Virus record (IMG/VR): IMGVR_UViG_3300025876_000027 | Coordinates: 1 to 53,087 of that record | Strand: one strand, 5' to 3' | Source: a virus | Lineage: Duplodnaviria > Caudoviricetes | Length of the DNA: 53,087 nucleotides | Part shown: piece after piece, positions 18,153 through 28,800 of the stretch | Numbering within the stretch: the first letter of the stretch is position 1 | Layout: each line of letters opens with the position of its first letter | Translations under genes and position numbers: made by a program | The notes under the pieces: generated by a model | What the model saw: only the letters and a program-made list of their open reading frames with translations | What the model was told of the DNA's origin: nothing | Database searches by the model: none

Positions 18153-21100
18153 ATGCCTAAAGTCACTAATACTTTTATAAAAAGTAAACTAAACAAAGAT
18201 TTAGATGCTAGACTTATCCCTAATGGAGAATATAGAGATGCTGTAAATGTACAAGTAAGTAGGTCCGAAAGTGATAGTGTTGGTTCACTTGAAAATGTTT
18301 TAGGTAATAAATTAATTAAAGATTTTGGTAATACAGATCTTACATGTATAGGTTATTTTGCTAATGAATCAACTGGTATGATTTATGTTTTCTTAACAGA
18401 CTATACAGACCCAGCACCTAACACACAAAGATCATACTCTACAACTGCAGAAAATTATATATACAGCTATAGTGTTGATAATGATAGCTCTACTCTTTTA
18501 GTTCAAGGAGCTTTTCTTAATTTTTCTAAAACAAATCCAATATTTGGTATTAATCAATTAGAAGAGTTTTTGTTTTGGACAGACAATAGAAACCAGCCTA
18601 GAAAAATAAACATAAACAGAGCTAACCCAAATGGTTTAGCAACTCCTGATTATTATACTAATGAAGATCAAATATCAGTAGCAAAATATAATCCATATAA
18701 ACCTATAGAACTATATAGAGAAATAAGCTCTACTGTTATAGAAACAACAATGGAAGATGCTACAAGTAAATTTTTACCTAATGGTGGTAGTGTTATATTA
18801 AGTAGTGCTATAGCTGCTCAAGCTACTTCTTTACCAATTTCAGGAGGTTCTTTAAAAGGTGAAGTTTTAACGGCTAGTCCAGTTAATCCATATACAAATA
18901 ATGTTGGCTCTACTGTTTCTTATGTAGATGCTAATAATAATATTCAAACAATAACTGGAGTTACTGTTAATACATTTCCAAGTGCTATAGCTATAACATT
19001 GACAGGAACAACATCTAATGTTCCAGCTTTAGCTATTGGTACAGAAATTATTTTTAATGCAAACCCTAAATATAGTTCATTATTTACTGGAGATTCTGAT
19101 TATTTAGACGATTTATTTGTAAGGTTTAGTTATAGATTTAAATTTGATGATGGTGAATATTCTTTAATAGCTCCGTTTACTCAAGTTGCTTTTATACCTA
19201 AGCAAGATGGTTACTTTATGTATATAAAACCAGACTCGACTACATCAACGCCTGGCTTAGACGACCAAGCAAATGCTTATAGAAGTTCTATAGTTTCATT
19301 TGTAGAAAATAAAGTTAATATTATAAAAATAATAATTCCAAGACCTAGTGAGTTATCTACAGGTGGTGGTTTTGCAGGATCAACTATTGCTAATGATTTT
19401 AAAATATCTGAATTAGATATATTATTTAAAGAATCAGATGCTTTAGCTGTTAAGGTTGTTGATACAATACCTGTTGCAAACATTACTATAAATAGTGATG
19501 GAGATATAGAATATTTATATGAGTCAACAAAACCATTTAGAACTCTTCCTTCTGATGAGCTTATAAGAGTATATGATAAAGTTCCTGTAAGAGCCCTTGC
19601 CCAAGAGATAAGTGGAAATAGAGTTATATATGCTAATTATCAAAATAAACATACACCTCCCGCGGTACTAGATTATACTATAGCAATAAATGAAAAAAAT
19701 AATATTGCTTTAGATAAAGGAACAGCTGTTGTACCTGGTTCCACATCAGGAACAACATTAAATTTTTCTAGTTCTTCTGGAACAATAGATATAGGTAGTT
19801 ACATTTATGGAACAGGAATAGTAAAAGGAACTGTTGTAACTTCAATTACTGGATCACCCGTGACATCAGTAACAATAAGTAATGCTGCAACGAACGCGTC
19901 TGGAACTATAACATTTAGAGCTGCTGGTGATGAAGAAGTAAAAGTAAGTAAAGTAGAATATCCTAATTCATCTGTTAAACAAAACAGAAATTATCAAGTT
20001 GGTGTAGTTTTAGCAGATAGATATGGAAGACAATCTACTGTTATTTTAAATGCAGCAAATCAAGGTTCAACCATATATCATCCTTATTTTGGTAAAGGTT
20101 TAGAGCAAAACGAATGGCCAGGTGATTCTATAAAAATGTTATTTAATTCTGGTATATCTCCTTCTGCGCCTAATCAAACAGATGAGTGGCCTGGTTTATA
20201 TAATGGCAATGTTGCAAGCGCTAATTATAATCCATTAGGTTGGTATTCATATAAAATAGTAGTTAAGCAAACAGAGCAAGAATATTACAATGTTTATTTA
20301 CCTGGTATAATGGCTGCTTACCCAGATTCTACAACTTTAGAAATAGGTAATACTTCTCACGCTGTTTTAATAGCAGATAATATTAATAAAATACCTAGAG
20401 ATTTATCGGAAGTTGGTCCTGAACAAAGACAATTTAGAAGCTCTGTTCGTTTATTTGGAAGAGTTGAAAATACTGCTGTATTAATAGACCCAAGTGATTT
20501 TGGATTAAGTAATAAACAATATTATACTTCAACAGAAGGTGATACTGCTTCGATAATATCTACTATGAAAGATTTATTTGAAGTACCTACAACATTAACT
20601 GCAGGGTTTAAACAATTTTATGACCATGAATCTGATCCTTTAATCGCTAGAATAAGCACTAATTCTAAAATAGGTCAAATATCAAGCGTAAATTCAAGTG
20701 CTACACCTCCTGGTCTTCAGTATTTAGCTGTTTATGAAACAGAACCTGTAGAATCTTTATTAGATATATATTGGGAAACAACTTCATCTGGTCTTATATC
20801 TTCTTTAAACACAGCTATATTGACAGGAACAGGTGGTGGAGCTTCACTAAGTAGTTTTAATACAAATAACTGGTCTGAGGCCTTGGCTAGTGGAGGAGAT
20901 ATATTAAATGCTGGTTTTCAATTATTAAACCAAACTGGACAAGTTATAACAATAGCAGGTAATAACTCATTTACTTTAACAAGTGTAATTGATGGTACTG
21001 GTCAAGATGTTCAAAATTTACCATCTGCTGGACCTTATTTCCAAATATACTTGGATAGTGGTTTTTATAAAATTAGAACAACTTCTACATATTATAGTCA

Positions 21101-21959
21101 AGTGTATTTTAATTCAAATCCTAAACTTAGAGAATTTACTTTTAATTTTAGGTCTATAATAATTGACGCAAGTAATGTCCCTACTACAACTTTGTTTAGC
21201 GAATTTGCAACAGTAAATAATGTTTCCCCAACTATTACAGCTAGCCCAGCTTCAGGTAGTACAATTACTTCTAATAGAAATTTAACATCAACATTAGTAA
21301 CTTTGTCTTCAGTTAATGGAGCTAATAATACTAATCTAGCCGGTAAAGACTTAACTTGGAATATAGTTTCTCAAAAAGTAACTGGAGATACAACCAACAC
21401 ACAAGTAAACTATTTTGAATTAACAACTCCAGTTGTGGGTAATACAAGTGCTACAACTCTTAAAAATATAAGTTCTGCTACTGAATCTAAATCTTATGAT
21501 TTGGTTGTAAGTTGTTCAGATCCAGGAGCTACAGCACAAGTTAACTACACGTTAGATTTAAGTGCTCCTGTTAATTTTGTAAAAGACACTCAACTGACAG
21601 TGACTGTTACTCAAAACGGAGAAATAGAAAGTGAAGAATGTGTATTAATAAATATAACATCAAGTCTTGTAGCTAATCAAAATGGATTTTATTTATATGT
21701 AAATTTCCCAACTTTAGGTCAAGACTTTAGTGATTTAATAACCGCTAGTGGTGGTGGAACTGCTTCTTCACCTATTCAAATAGATAGAACAAATGCTATA
21801 ACTTCAGGTAATGCATGTGGTGTTTGGTTATACGCTACTACTCAATCAGCTGTCATAGATTTGTTTTATGACAATTGTATGCCAGTGCACGCATCTAGTA
21901 GTAGATCAGAAAGCTTTGTAGATCAAAGCATAACGGGTATTGTATTTGAAGTAATTTAA
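18153..21959 (+). CDS. Tail stabilisation/muzzle-like protein with beta-rich insertions
   Basis: KLNKDLDARLIPNGEYRDAVN, LFWTDNRNQPRKIN, FSYRFKF, DRYGRQS. Confidence 0.7.
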   Translation: MPKVTNTFIKSKLNKDLDARLIPNGEYRDAVNVQVSRSESDSVGSLENVLGNKLIKDFGNTDLTCIGYFANESTGMIYVFLTDYTDPAPNTQRSYSTTAENYIYSYSVDNDSSTLLVQGAFLNFSKTNPIFGINQLEEFLFWTDNRNQPRKININRANPNGLATPDYYTNEDQISVAKYNPYKPIELYREISSTVIETTMEDATSKFLPNGGSVILSSAIAAQATSLPISGGSLKGEVLTASPVNPYTNNVGSTVSYVDANNNIQTITGVTVNTFPSAIAITLTGTTSNVPALAIGTEIIFNANPKYSSLFTGDSDYLDDLFVRFSYRFKFDDGEYSLIAPFTQVAFIPKQDGYFMYIKPDSTTSTPGLDDQANAYRSSIVSFVENKVNIIKIIIPRPSELSTGGGFAGSTIANDFKISELDILFKESDALAVKVVDTIPVANITINSDGDIEYLYESTKPFRTLPSDELIRVYDKVPVRALAQEISGNRVIYANYQNKHTPPAVLDYTIAINEKNNIALDKGTAVVPGSTSGTTLNFSSSSGTIDIGSYIYGTGIVKGTVVTSITGSPVTSVTISNAATNASGTITFRAAGDEEVKVSKVEYPNSSVKQNRNYQVGVVLADRYGRQSTVILNAANQGSTIYHPYFGKGLEQNEWPGDSIKMLFNSGISPSAPNQTDEWPGLYNGNVASANYNPLGWYSYKIVVKQTEQEYYNVYLPGIMAAYPDSTTLEIGNTSHAVLIADNINKIPRDLSEVGPEQRQFRSSVRLFGRVENTAVLIDPSDFGLSNKQYYTSTEGDTASIISTMKDLFEVPTTLTAGFKQFYDHESDPLIARISTNSKIGQISSVNSSATPPGLQYLAVYETEPVESLLDIYWETTSSGLISSLNTAILTGTGGGASLSSFNTNNWSEALASGGDILNAGFQLLNQTGQVITIAGNNSFTLTSVIDGTGQDVQNLPSAGPYFQIYLDSGFYKIRTTSTYYSQVYFNSNPKLREFTFNFRSIIIDASNVPTTTLFSEFATVNNVSPTITASPASGSTITSNRNLTSTLVTLSSVNGANNTNLAGKDLTWNIVSQKVTGDTTNTQVNYFELTTPVVGNTSATTLKNISSATESKSYDLVVSCSDPGATAQVNYTLDLSAPVNFVKDTQLTVTVTQNGEIESEECVLINITSSLVANQNGFYLYVNFPTLGQDFSDLITASGGGTASSPIQIDRTNAITSGNACGVWLYATTQSAVIDLFYDNCMPVHASSSRSESFVDQSITGIVFEVI

Positions 21960-21981
21960 ATAAAAAATAAGTAATAATTAA
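21951..21981 (+). promoter_or_regulatory. Putative class II promoter
   Basis: GTAATT-N13-AGTAATAATTAA. Confidence 0.4.
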
Positions 21982-21983
21982 TT

Positions 21984-23501
21984 ATGCCAGGAGTAACAAT
22001 AGAAGTAAAATACTTTAACACTTTTGTATTAAAAAAGACGCTTAGCGGGCAATATGTAACCGACCAACCTATTTGGAACGGTTCTTTTGGTATACCTAGC
22101 ACTATAGCTGGTGGATATCCTGTTGTGGCAGACACATCTCAAGGAACTCCTTTCGCAATTGAAGAATCAAGAATACGTGGAGGTTTTAATAACACTTCTG
22201 TAGATTTTTCTCCAAGAGCGTATTTAGTTGAAGATAATCCAAACGCTTCTAGGTTATTTAGTTCTATAATATACTCTGGAATATTTAATTCAAGAACAGG
22301 TGTAAATGATACTAACGTTTTTCCTGTAGGTAGCGATATAACAAAAAGTGCTGATCCGGCAAGTGGTTCTATACAAAAGCTATATGCTGAAGATACAAAC
22401 ATGCTTGTTTTTCAAGAATACAAAGTAAGTAGGGCTTTAATAGACAAGGATGCAATATATGCTGCTGAAGGCGGTGGTACCGTAACGGCATCTAATTTAG
22501 TTATAGGAGTATTACAACCTTACGCTGGTGAATATGGAATAAGTAAAAATCCAGAAAGTTTTGCTGTTTATGGCTATAGAAAATATTTCACAGATAAAAA
22601 CAACAATGCAGTTTTAAGGCTATCCAGAGACGGTATGACTGAGATATCATCTTATGGAATGAAAGACTTCTTTAGAGATGAATTAAACAATATAGATACC
22701 AATGCTGGTGCAGGAGTAGTAAGAGGTGCTTATGATCTTTATACAGATCAATATATTTTATCTCTTCAACAAAGTACTGTATATAATACAAATACTACGT
22801 ATAAAACTTTATCATTTGACGATTCTATAAACGGTTGGACAAGTTTATATACTTATCAACCTGATCAAATATTTAGCATGCGTAATAGATTTTATTCATT
22901 TAAAAATGAAAAATTGTTTATACATAATGATACATCTGTTAGTAGAAATAGTTTTTATGGAGATGTACAACCAAGCTCTGTAACCGTTGTATTTAATCCA
23001 GACCCAATAAGATCAAAAACTTTTAGTACAATGAGTTATGAAGGTAATAATGGTTGGGAATTAACAACATTAGCTTCTGACGGTACTGGTAAAGATTATC
23101 AATCACTCAATAATGTTTATCTTAGTACAAATGATTCAGCAAATACTGTATTAAGTTATATAATGGGTGAATATATTATAAATCCAGCAAATGGTCAAGC
23201 TATTAGCGGCACACCTACAGGAGCCGGTGTTGGCCAAGGATATGTTGCTACTTTTGGTACTAAAAATCCGCCATACCCAAGACTATACGCTGGTTTTGAC
23301 AGAAAAGAAAATGCTTATGTTGCTAACTTAGTTAATAACAGTCCAGCAGCACAAGGTGAAATAATATTTGGAAGTGTAATAAGTGGTATAAAAGGTTTTT
23401 ATGCTACGGCTACATTTACAACAGATAGGTACACAGACCCTGGAGGAGAAAAACAATTGTTTTCAGTAGCAACAGACTTTTTCTCTAACAATGGATATTA
23501 A
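21984..23501 (+). CDS. Tail stabilisation protein (P22 gp10/muzzle C-terminal-like)
   Basis: GSIQKL, GEYGISKNPESF, YFTD, GWTS. Confidence 0.65.
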   Translation: MPGVTIEVKYFNTFVLKKTLSGQYVTDQPIWNGSFGIPSTIAGGYPVVADTSQGTPFAIEESRIRGGFNNTSVDFSPRAYLVEDNPNASRLFSSIIYSGIFNSRTGVNDTNVFPVGSDITKSADPASGSIQKLYAEDTNMLVFQEYKVSRALIDKDAIYAAEGGGTVTASNLVIGVLQPYAGEYGISKNPESFAVYGYRKYFTDKNNNAVLRLSRDGMTEISSYGMKDFFRDELNNIDTNAGAGVVRGAYDLYTDQYILSLQQSTVYNTNTTYKTLSFDDSINGWTSLYTYQPDQIFSMRNRFYSFKNEKLFIHNDTSVSRNSFYGDVQPSSVTVVFNPDPIRSKTFSTMSYEGNNGWELTTLASDGTGKDYQSLNNVYLSTNDSANTVLSYIMGEYIINPANGQAISGTPTGAGVGQGYVATFGTKNPPYPRLYAGFDRKENAYVANLVNNSPAAQGEIIFGSVISGIKGFYATATFTTDRYTDPGGEKQLFSVATDFFSNNGY

Positions 23502-23519
23502 TAAATTAAATAAATAAAC

Positions 23520-24221
23520 ATGGCAGATCAAAATTGGTTTCAAAAAAACCCAGTAGCTTCGGCAGGCTTGATAGGTGCTGGTATTTCAGTAGCTGGAGCA
23601 GTAGTGGGTGGAATAATGGCAGCTAATACAGCCAAAGAATCTCGAAAAAAACAATTCGATTTAGAACAAGAACTTGAAACTTTAAGAAATAATAGACAAG
23701 AAATTGTAAATCCCTATGAAGATGTTAAAGACTTGAGTGGTATGTTAACTAATCAATTTGCTAATTTAGGTGTTGCAACTCAAGCTGCTGAAATGCAAGT
23801 AGAACAAGCTGATATATCATTAGCAAATACTTTAGATACTTTAAGAGCTACTGGTGCAAGTGCTGGTGGTGCTACTGCATTGGCACAAGCCGCTTTGCAA
23901 AGTAAAAAAGGTGTTTCCGCTGGTATTGAACAACAAGAAGCTCAAAATGAAAAACTTAGAGCTCAAGGAGAACAACAATTACAACAACAGCAATTAGCTG
24001 AAAAACAAAGAATACAAAGATTAGAAGCGGCTGGCAAGCAGTTTGTTTTTGGAGCTAGAGAAACAAGAGAAGTAACTGAGCTTGATAGAGCTTCAACGCT
24101 ATTAGAAAATGAACAAGCTATAGAAACGCAAGCTAATGCTGATATGATTGGTGCTATAACTGGAGGAGTTAGCAATATAGCTTCTATAGCTGGAGATGTT
24201 GCGCCATACCTTAAAAAATAA
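23520..24221 (+). CDS. Putative ejection/pilot protein
   Basis: Gly/Ala hydrophobic N-terminus, Q/E coiled coil. Confidence 0.6.
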   Translation: MADQNWFQKNPVASAGLIGAGISVAGAVVGGIMAANTAKESRKKQFDLEQELETLRNNRQEIVNPYEDVKDLSGMLTNQFANLGVATQAAEMQVEQADISLANTLDTLRATGASAGGATALAQAALQSKKGVSAGIEQQEAQNEKLRAQGEQQLQQQQLAEKQRIQRLEAAGKQFVFGARETREVTELDRASTLLENEQAIETQANADMIGAITGGVSNIASIAGDVAPYLKK

Positions 24222-24230
24222 GATTAAATT

Positions 24231-25874
24231 ATGAGTTACAGAAATCCAAAACTAAACATTGATACTAAATCTGGGCAGTATTTAAGAGAAATGGGAGCTA
24301 AAGCTGCCGCTGGTGTAAGTAAGTTTGCAGCGGCTCAATTGGCAATTGAAAAAACTCTTGCTGAAAATAGTAAAATAGCAGCTGAACAAAAAAATGAAAG
24401 CCAAACCTGGAGAATGGGTGTAATGGAAGATTTAGGTGAAGTCATGGCAAATGGAGCTCTTTGGGACGGGTCTAATATTGAAAACATAGATGTTATGTTA
24501 GATAAAGGTGAAGAAATATTTTTAAAACCAGTTAAAACTCCTGAAGACATGCGCTTTTTAACTAATTTAAATCTTCTTGATGAAAATTTATTAGGTAGTA
24601 TAACAGGAATGAGCACTTTAGGTGAAGGTTATGAGAACGCATCTGCAAATACTGGTAGACCAGGTGGACTTGCTGCAGATGCTCCCCCAGCTGTTAATTC
24701 ATTTATACAAGGTTTTATAACTAATACAACTAAGGGAAAAAGAGAAGTTTTTATAAATTGTGATAATCCAAATGGTTGTTTTCAAGAATATAAATTTACT
24801 CCAGATAATAAAAATATACCAGCAATGTCTTACACATCTGACCAAATAAATAGTATGATGAACGAATCTGGTCAATTAAGAGCATACACTACGGTTAGTG
24901 ATTACCCAACAAAGTTTAATGAAATAATTAAAGAAAATAAATTTTTAGATGAAAAAGGAAAAGTAAGTGATTTATCTTTAAATAATTTATATAATACAAA
25001 CTATACTGAAACATATGATCCTGAAACAAGAAAAAGAACAAGGACAAGAAGTTTAAACTATGATGCTTTTGTAAAACAAAATTTTAGTAAAGTAAGTGGT
25101 TATGTAGGTAGTATAACTGGAGCTGCTGGAAGTTATGATCTTGTTGCAACAAACAACCAAGTTATAGATCAATTAAGAAGTAATGCTAAATCTAAACCAG
25201 GATCTATTTCAGAAGATTTTATAGAAAAATTAGAAAAATTTGATTATCCAACTGTTGAAAATGTATTAACACAAAACCGTAAAGAACAATTACAACAAAA
25301 TCTTACTGCTAATATTTTAAAATTACAGTCTATTGAATATTCAACAACTTCAACAGAAGATATTTTACCTAAAATTTCTGAAGAAGCAACTAATGAAGAC
25401 TATATTAAAGAAACACAAGATTTATCTAAAGGATTGTTAGATGCTTTATATACAAAAGACGCAGATTATTTTAATCAAAAAACATATAGTCCAGCTGGAA
25501 TACCAAGAGAAATATCAGGAATTGAATTTAAAGGACCTAAAGGAACTTTGCTTGAAATAAAATATTACTCAGGAACAACTACAACTGGTGAAGATAAAAA
25601 GAAAAAAAGAGATCAATATAAAACTAAAACTATAAATTTAGAAGATAAAAACGCAATGTCAGATTTATTTAAGAATCTAGTTGTAGATGGATTATATGAT
25701 AATGGAAAAATAAAATCAAAAATAATGACAACTTTTCAAAACACAATTTTCCCTGATGATGTTAAATTAAGAGCTAAAGATGGAATAAAACCTGGTAAAG
25801 ATGTAGAAATAGATAAAACAGAAAGTATAATTTATTCAGGAACTGCCTCAGATATAATAAATAACTTAAATTAA
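24231..25874 (+). CDS. Putative internal virion/ejection protein
   Basis: 547 aa, between the pilot-like and giant proteins. Confidence 0.55.
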   Translation: MSYRNPKLNIDTKSGQYLREMGAKAAAGVSKFAAAQLAIEKTLAENSKIAAEQKNESQTWRMGVMEDLGEVMANGALWDGSNIENIDVMLDKGEEIFLKPVKTPEDMRFLTNLNLLDENLLGSITGMSTLGEGYENASANTGRPGGLAADAPPAVNSFIQGFITNTTKGKREVFINCDNPNGCFQEYKFTPDNKNIPAMSYTSDQINSMMNESGQLRAYTTVSDYPTKFNEIIKENKFLDEKGKVSDLSLNNLYNTNYTETYDPETRKRTRTRSLNYDAFVKQNFSKVSGYVGSITGAAGSYDLVATNNQVIDQLRSNAKSKPGSISEDFIEKLEKFDYPTVENVLTQNRKEQLQQNLTANILKLQSIEYSTTSTEDILPKISEEATNEDYIKETQDLSKGLLDALYTKDADYFNQKTYSPAGIPREISGIEFKGPKGTLLEIKYYSGTTTTGEDKKKKRDQYKTKTINLEDKNAMSDLFKNLVVDGLYDNGKIKSKIMTTFQNTIFPDDVKLRAKDGIKPGKDVEIDKTESIIYSGTASDIINNLN

Positions 25875-25876
25875 TT

Positions 25877-28800
25877 ATGGAAGAATTAGAAGAAATTGTA
25901 CAAAAAATGATGGATGAAAATACTCCTGAAGAAGAAATCAAAAAGTACATTAAAGATTACAAAGAGGGAAAGTCAAACGGTGTTGTAGCAATGGATGCGA
26001 CTGTAACACCAGAACAGGAAGCGTCCGAAAATATGGAATTACAATCGGAAAATATTTCTTTGGAATCACAAGAGCGTGAAAAAAGCCCAAATGGCTTATT
26101 AATTAATATAGAAAAATCTATAAAAGGAGCTAGAGAATTATCTTTAAAAAAACAAGAGTCTGAAGTTATTTCTAATTTTAATGATGTAAATAAAATTTTA
26201 AATTTAAATTTTGAAGGAGAAATTGTTGAATCAACTTCTGTTTCTACTCAAGAAATAAATGAAAACGCAAAATCCGCAAGTATTGGAAAAGCTTTAGATG
26301 ATGCTACTAAATTAAGTTTTGAAGAAAAACAATTAGCTATTTCACAAGCCGAAAATTTTGTAAATAATAAATCTACAAAATCTGTAAAAGTTAAAAAATT
26401 TCCTAACAATCCTGTTAGTGTTTTTATAAATAAACAGATTCCAAACGATGAATGGGTTGATTTAAATAAAAATGCAAAAACAAAAGTTTTTAATAATTTA
26501 AAAAAAGAATACCCAAGTTTTACACAAAAAGATTTTGATGAAAACTTAAATACGTATAATGAAGAAATACTTACTGAAATGGTAAGTATAAAAAATAAAA
26601 TAAATTTAAGAAAAGAAAGAGATAATAAAATAATAAACGTTATAGACACTTTTGATTTTTCAATGTCCTTAACAGATGCTCAAGAAAAATTAATAAAATA
26701 CAAAGAAAAAGAAAATAAAAAACTAGAAAAAAATATACAAAATTCTAGTGATTTTATGAATAACGCTGGCTCATATTTAACTCAAATAAATAACACTATA
26801 AAAAAGCTTGCTGGCACTAAATATGAAACTCAAGAACAAGCTAATAGAGCTAGAAAATTAGTTGACTCTTTACAATTAAAATTTAAAGAAACTCAAGAGG
26901 CTTCTTCAAAAAAATATCTTCAAGCAATGGATGATATAGAGACTTCAAATACAGCTTTGTCAGATTTAAATATTTTAACAAGAAATTATAATCCAATAAC
27001 TAATTTTGTTCAATCATTAAAAGCAAAAGGAGCTGGCCAGTTTGCCATAGGTGGTCTTAGGCTTTATGAAACTATTGTTAATCTTCCTGTTGAAATAGGT
27101 GAACTTTTAAACGTAAACTCAGCTTCTGATATATATATGAATAGCATGTTAGAAAGACCTGGCTCTTTCCAAGGAGTACCTAATGCTGTGACTACTGAAA
27201 AAAGTATAAAATTGATAAAAGAATGGCAAGAGGGTATATATAAAGAAATGCCATTGCCGCAAGATTTTGAAGATTTAAAAACACCTGAAGAATATGGTAG
27301 GTATATATCAGATCTAGCTGGTAGCCAACTTTTAAATATAGCTTCTGTTATGGTTTTAAAAAAAGCTGCACTACCTGTTTTAGGGTTAAATTCTTCTGGT
27401 GCTAAACTCCAACAGTTTGCTGAAGAACAAGAAAAATTAGACGCTTGGAAAAAAAATAAAATAGGACCTAAACCTGAAAGTGGAGATGTTAGTTTTGCAC
27501 AAAAATATATAACAGCAATTGGTTTTGGTGTTCTTGAAGGAGTAGGTTCAAAGCTACAATTAAAATTATATAAAGATTCACTTAGAGGATTTAGAGGTGC
27601 TTTAAAAAACCCTAAACTATCAGTAGGTATTAGGCAAGGCTTTACTAATTCACTAAAGTCAACTTTAAGTACGGCTAAAGATTTTGGTTTAGAAGGTCTT
27701 GAAGAAGGTTTTATAGTACAATATGGAAATAATTTTCTTGATAGGTTTGTTTTAGGAAAAAATATAAATTTACTTGATGGAGTTAAAAAAGCTGCAATTG
27801 ATGGTGTTTTAATAAGTCCTTTTTATAAAGCACCAGGGGTTTTAACGCCTATAGTTTCTATATTTCAATCTGTAGATTCTAATCAAAAAATAAGTCAATG
27901 GAAAACTGAAATAGATAAAATACAAAATTCATTGGTTGAAAATGCCAATATGGATTCTGAATTAATTCAAGTTGCTGAAAAAAGAATTTTTTCTTTAGTA
28001 AGTAAAATATCTGGGGAAATAAATAAAACAATGGATAGAACACTAAACATGTCTGAAGAAGACGTGATTAGTTTAGGTCAAATAGATGCGGAAATTTTTA
28101 ATTTAAGAAAACAACAGCAAAAAGCAGAGCAAAATGATTTATCTTTTAAAGGAGAAAATCCTTTATTAAAATCAATAGAAACAGAAGCAAACAATCTTTT
28201 ATTTGATAAAAATAATATATTAGAACCTTATATAAAACAAGATAATATTAAAAAAATAAAAGAGGTTCAAGAATTAAGTTCTAAAGCTAAAATTGACGAT
28301 AATTCTAATTTTTACGATACTAAAGAGGGTTTTATTAAAAGAGCCAAAGAATTAGGCATTGAAGTTACTGGAGAAGAAGACGCTCTTATAGATCCACAAA
28401 CTGGAGAAGTATTAATAAACGTAGACGTTGCTTCTGAAACAGGTGCTGTTTCTGCTCAACTTCACGAATATCTTCATAGAATATTAAAATCATCTTTTGT
28501 AAATGATTCTAAATCATTAAAGAAAATTAAAGATGAATTTAGAAATATTTTAAGTAAAAAACAATTAGCAATAGTTGAACAAAGAATTAATAAAAATTAT
28601 AGGTTTAATGAAGATGGTTCTGAAAAAAATGAATTAGAATACGCTGAAGAATACTTCACGGCTTTTTCTGACGCTGTTTTTAAAGATGAAATAAAATGGT
28701 CTGATAATTTAACAGAGTCGTTTTTATCATTTGGAAAAAAAATATTAGAACCAATTAGAAAAATACTTGGTAATGAAAAATTAGAATTTACTTCAGGAAG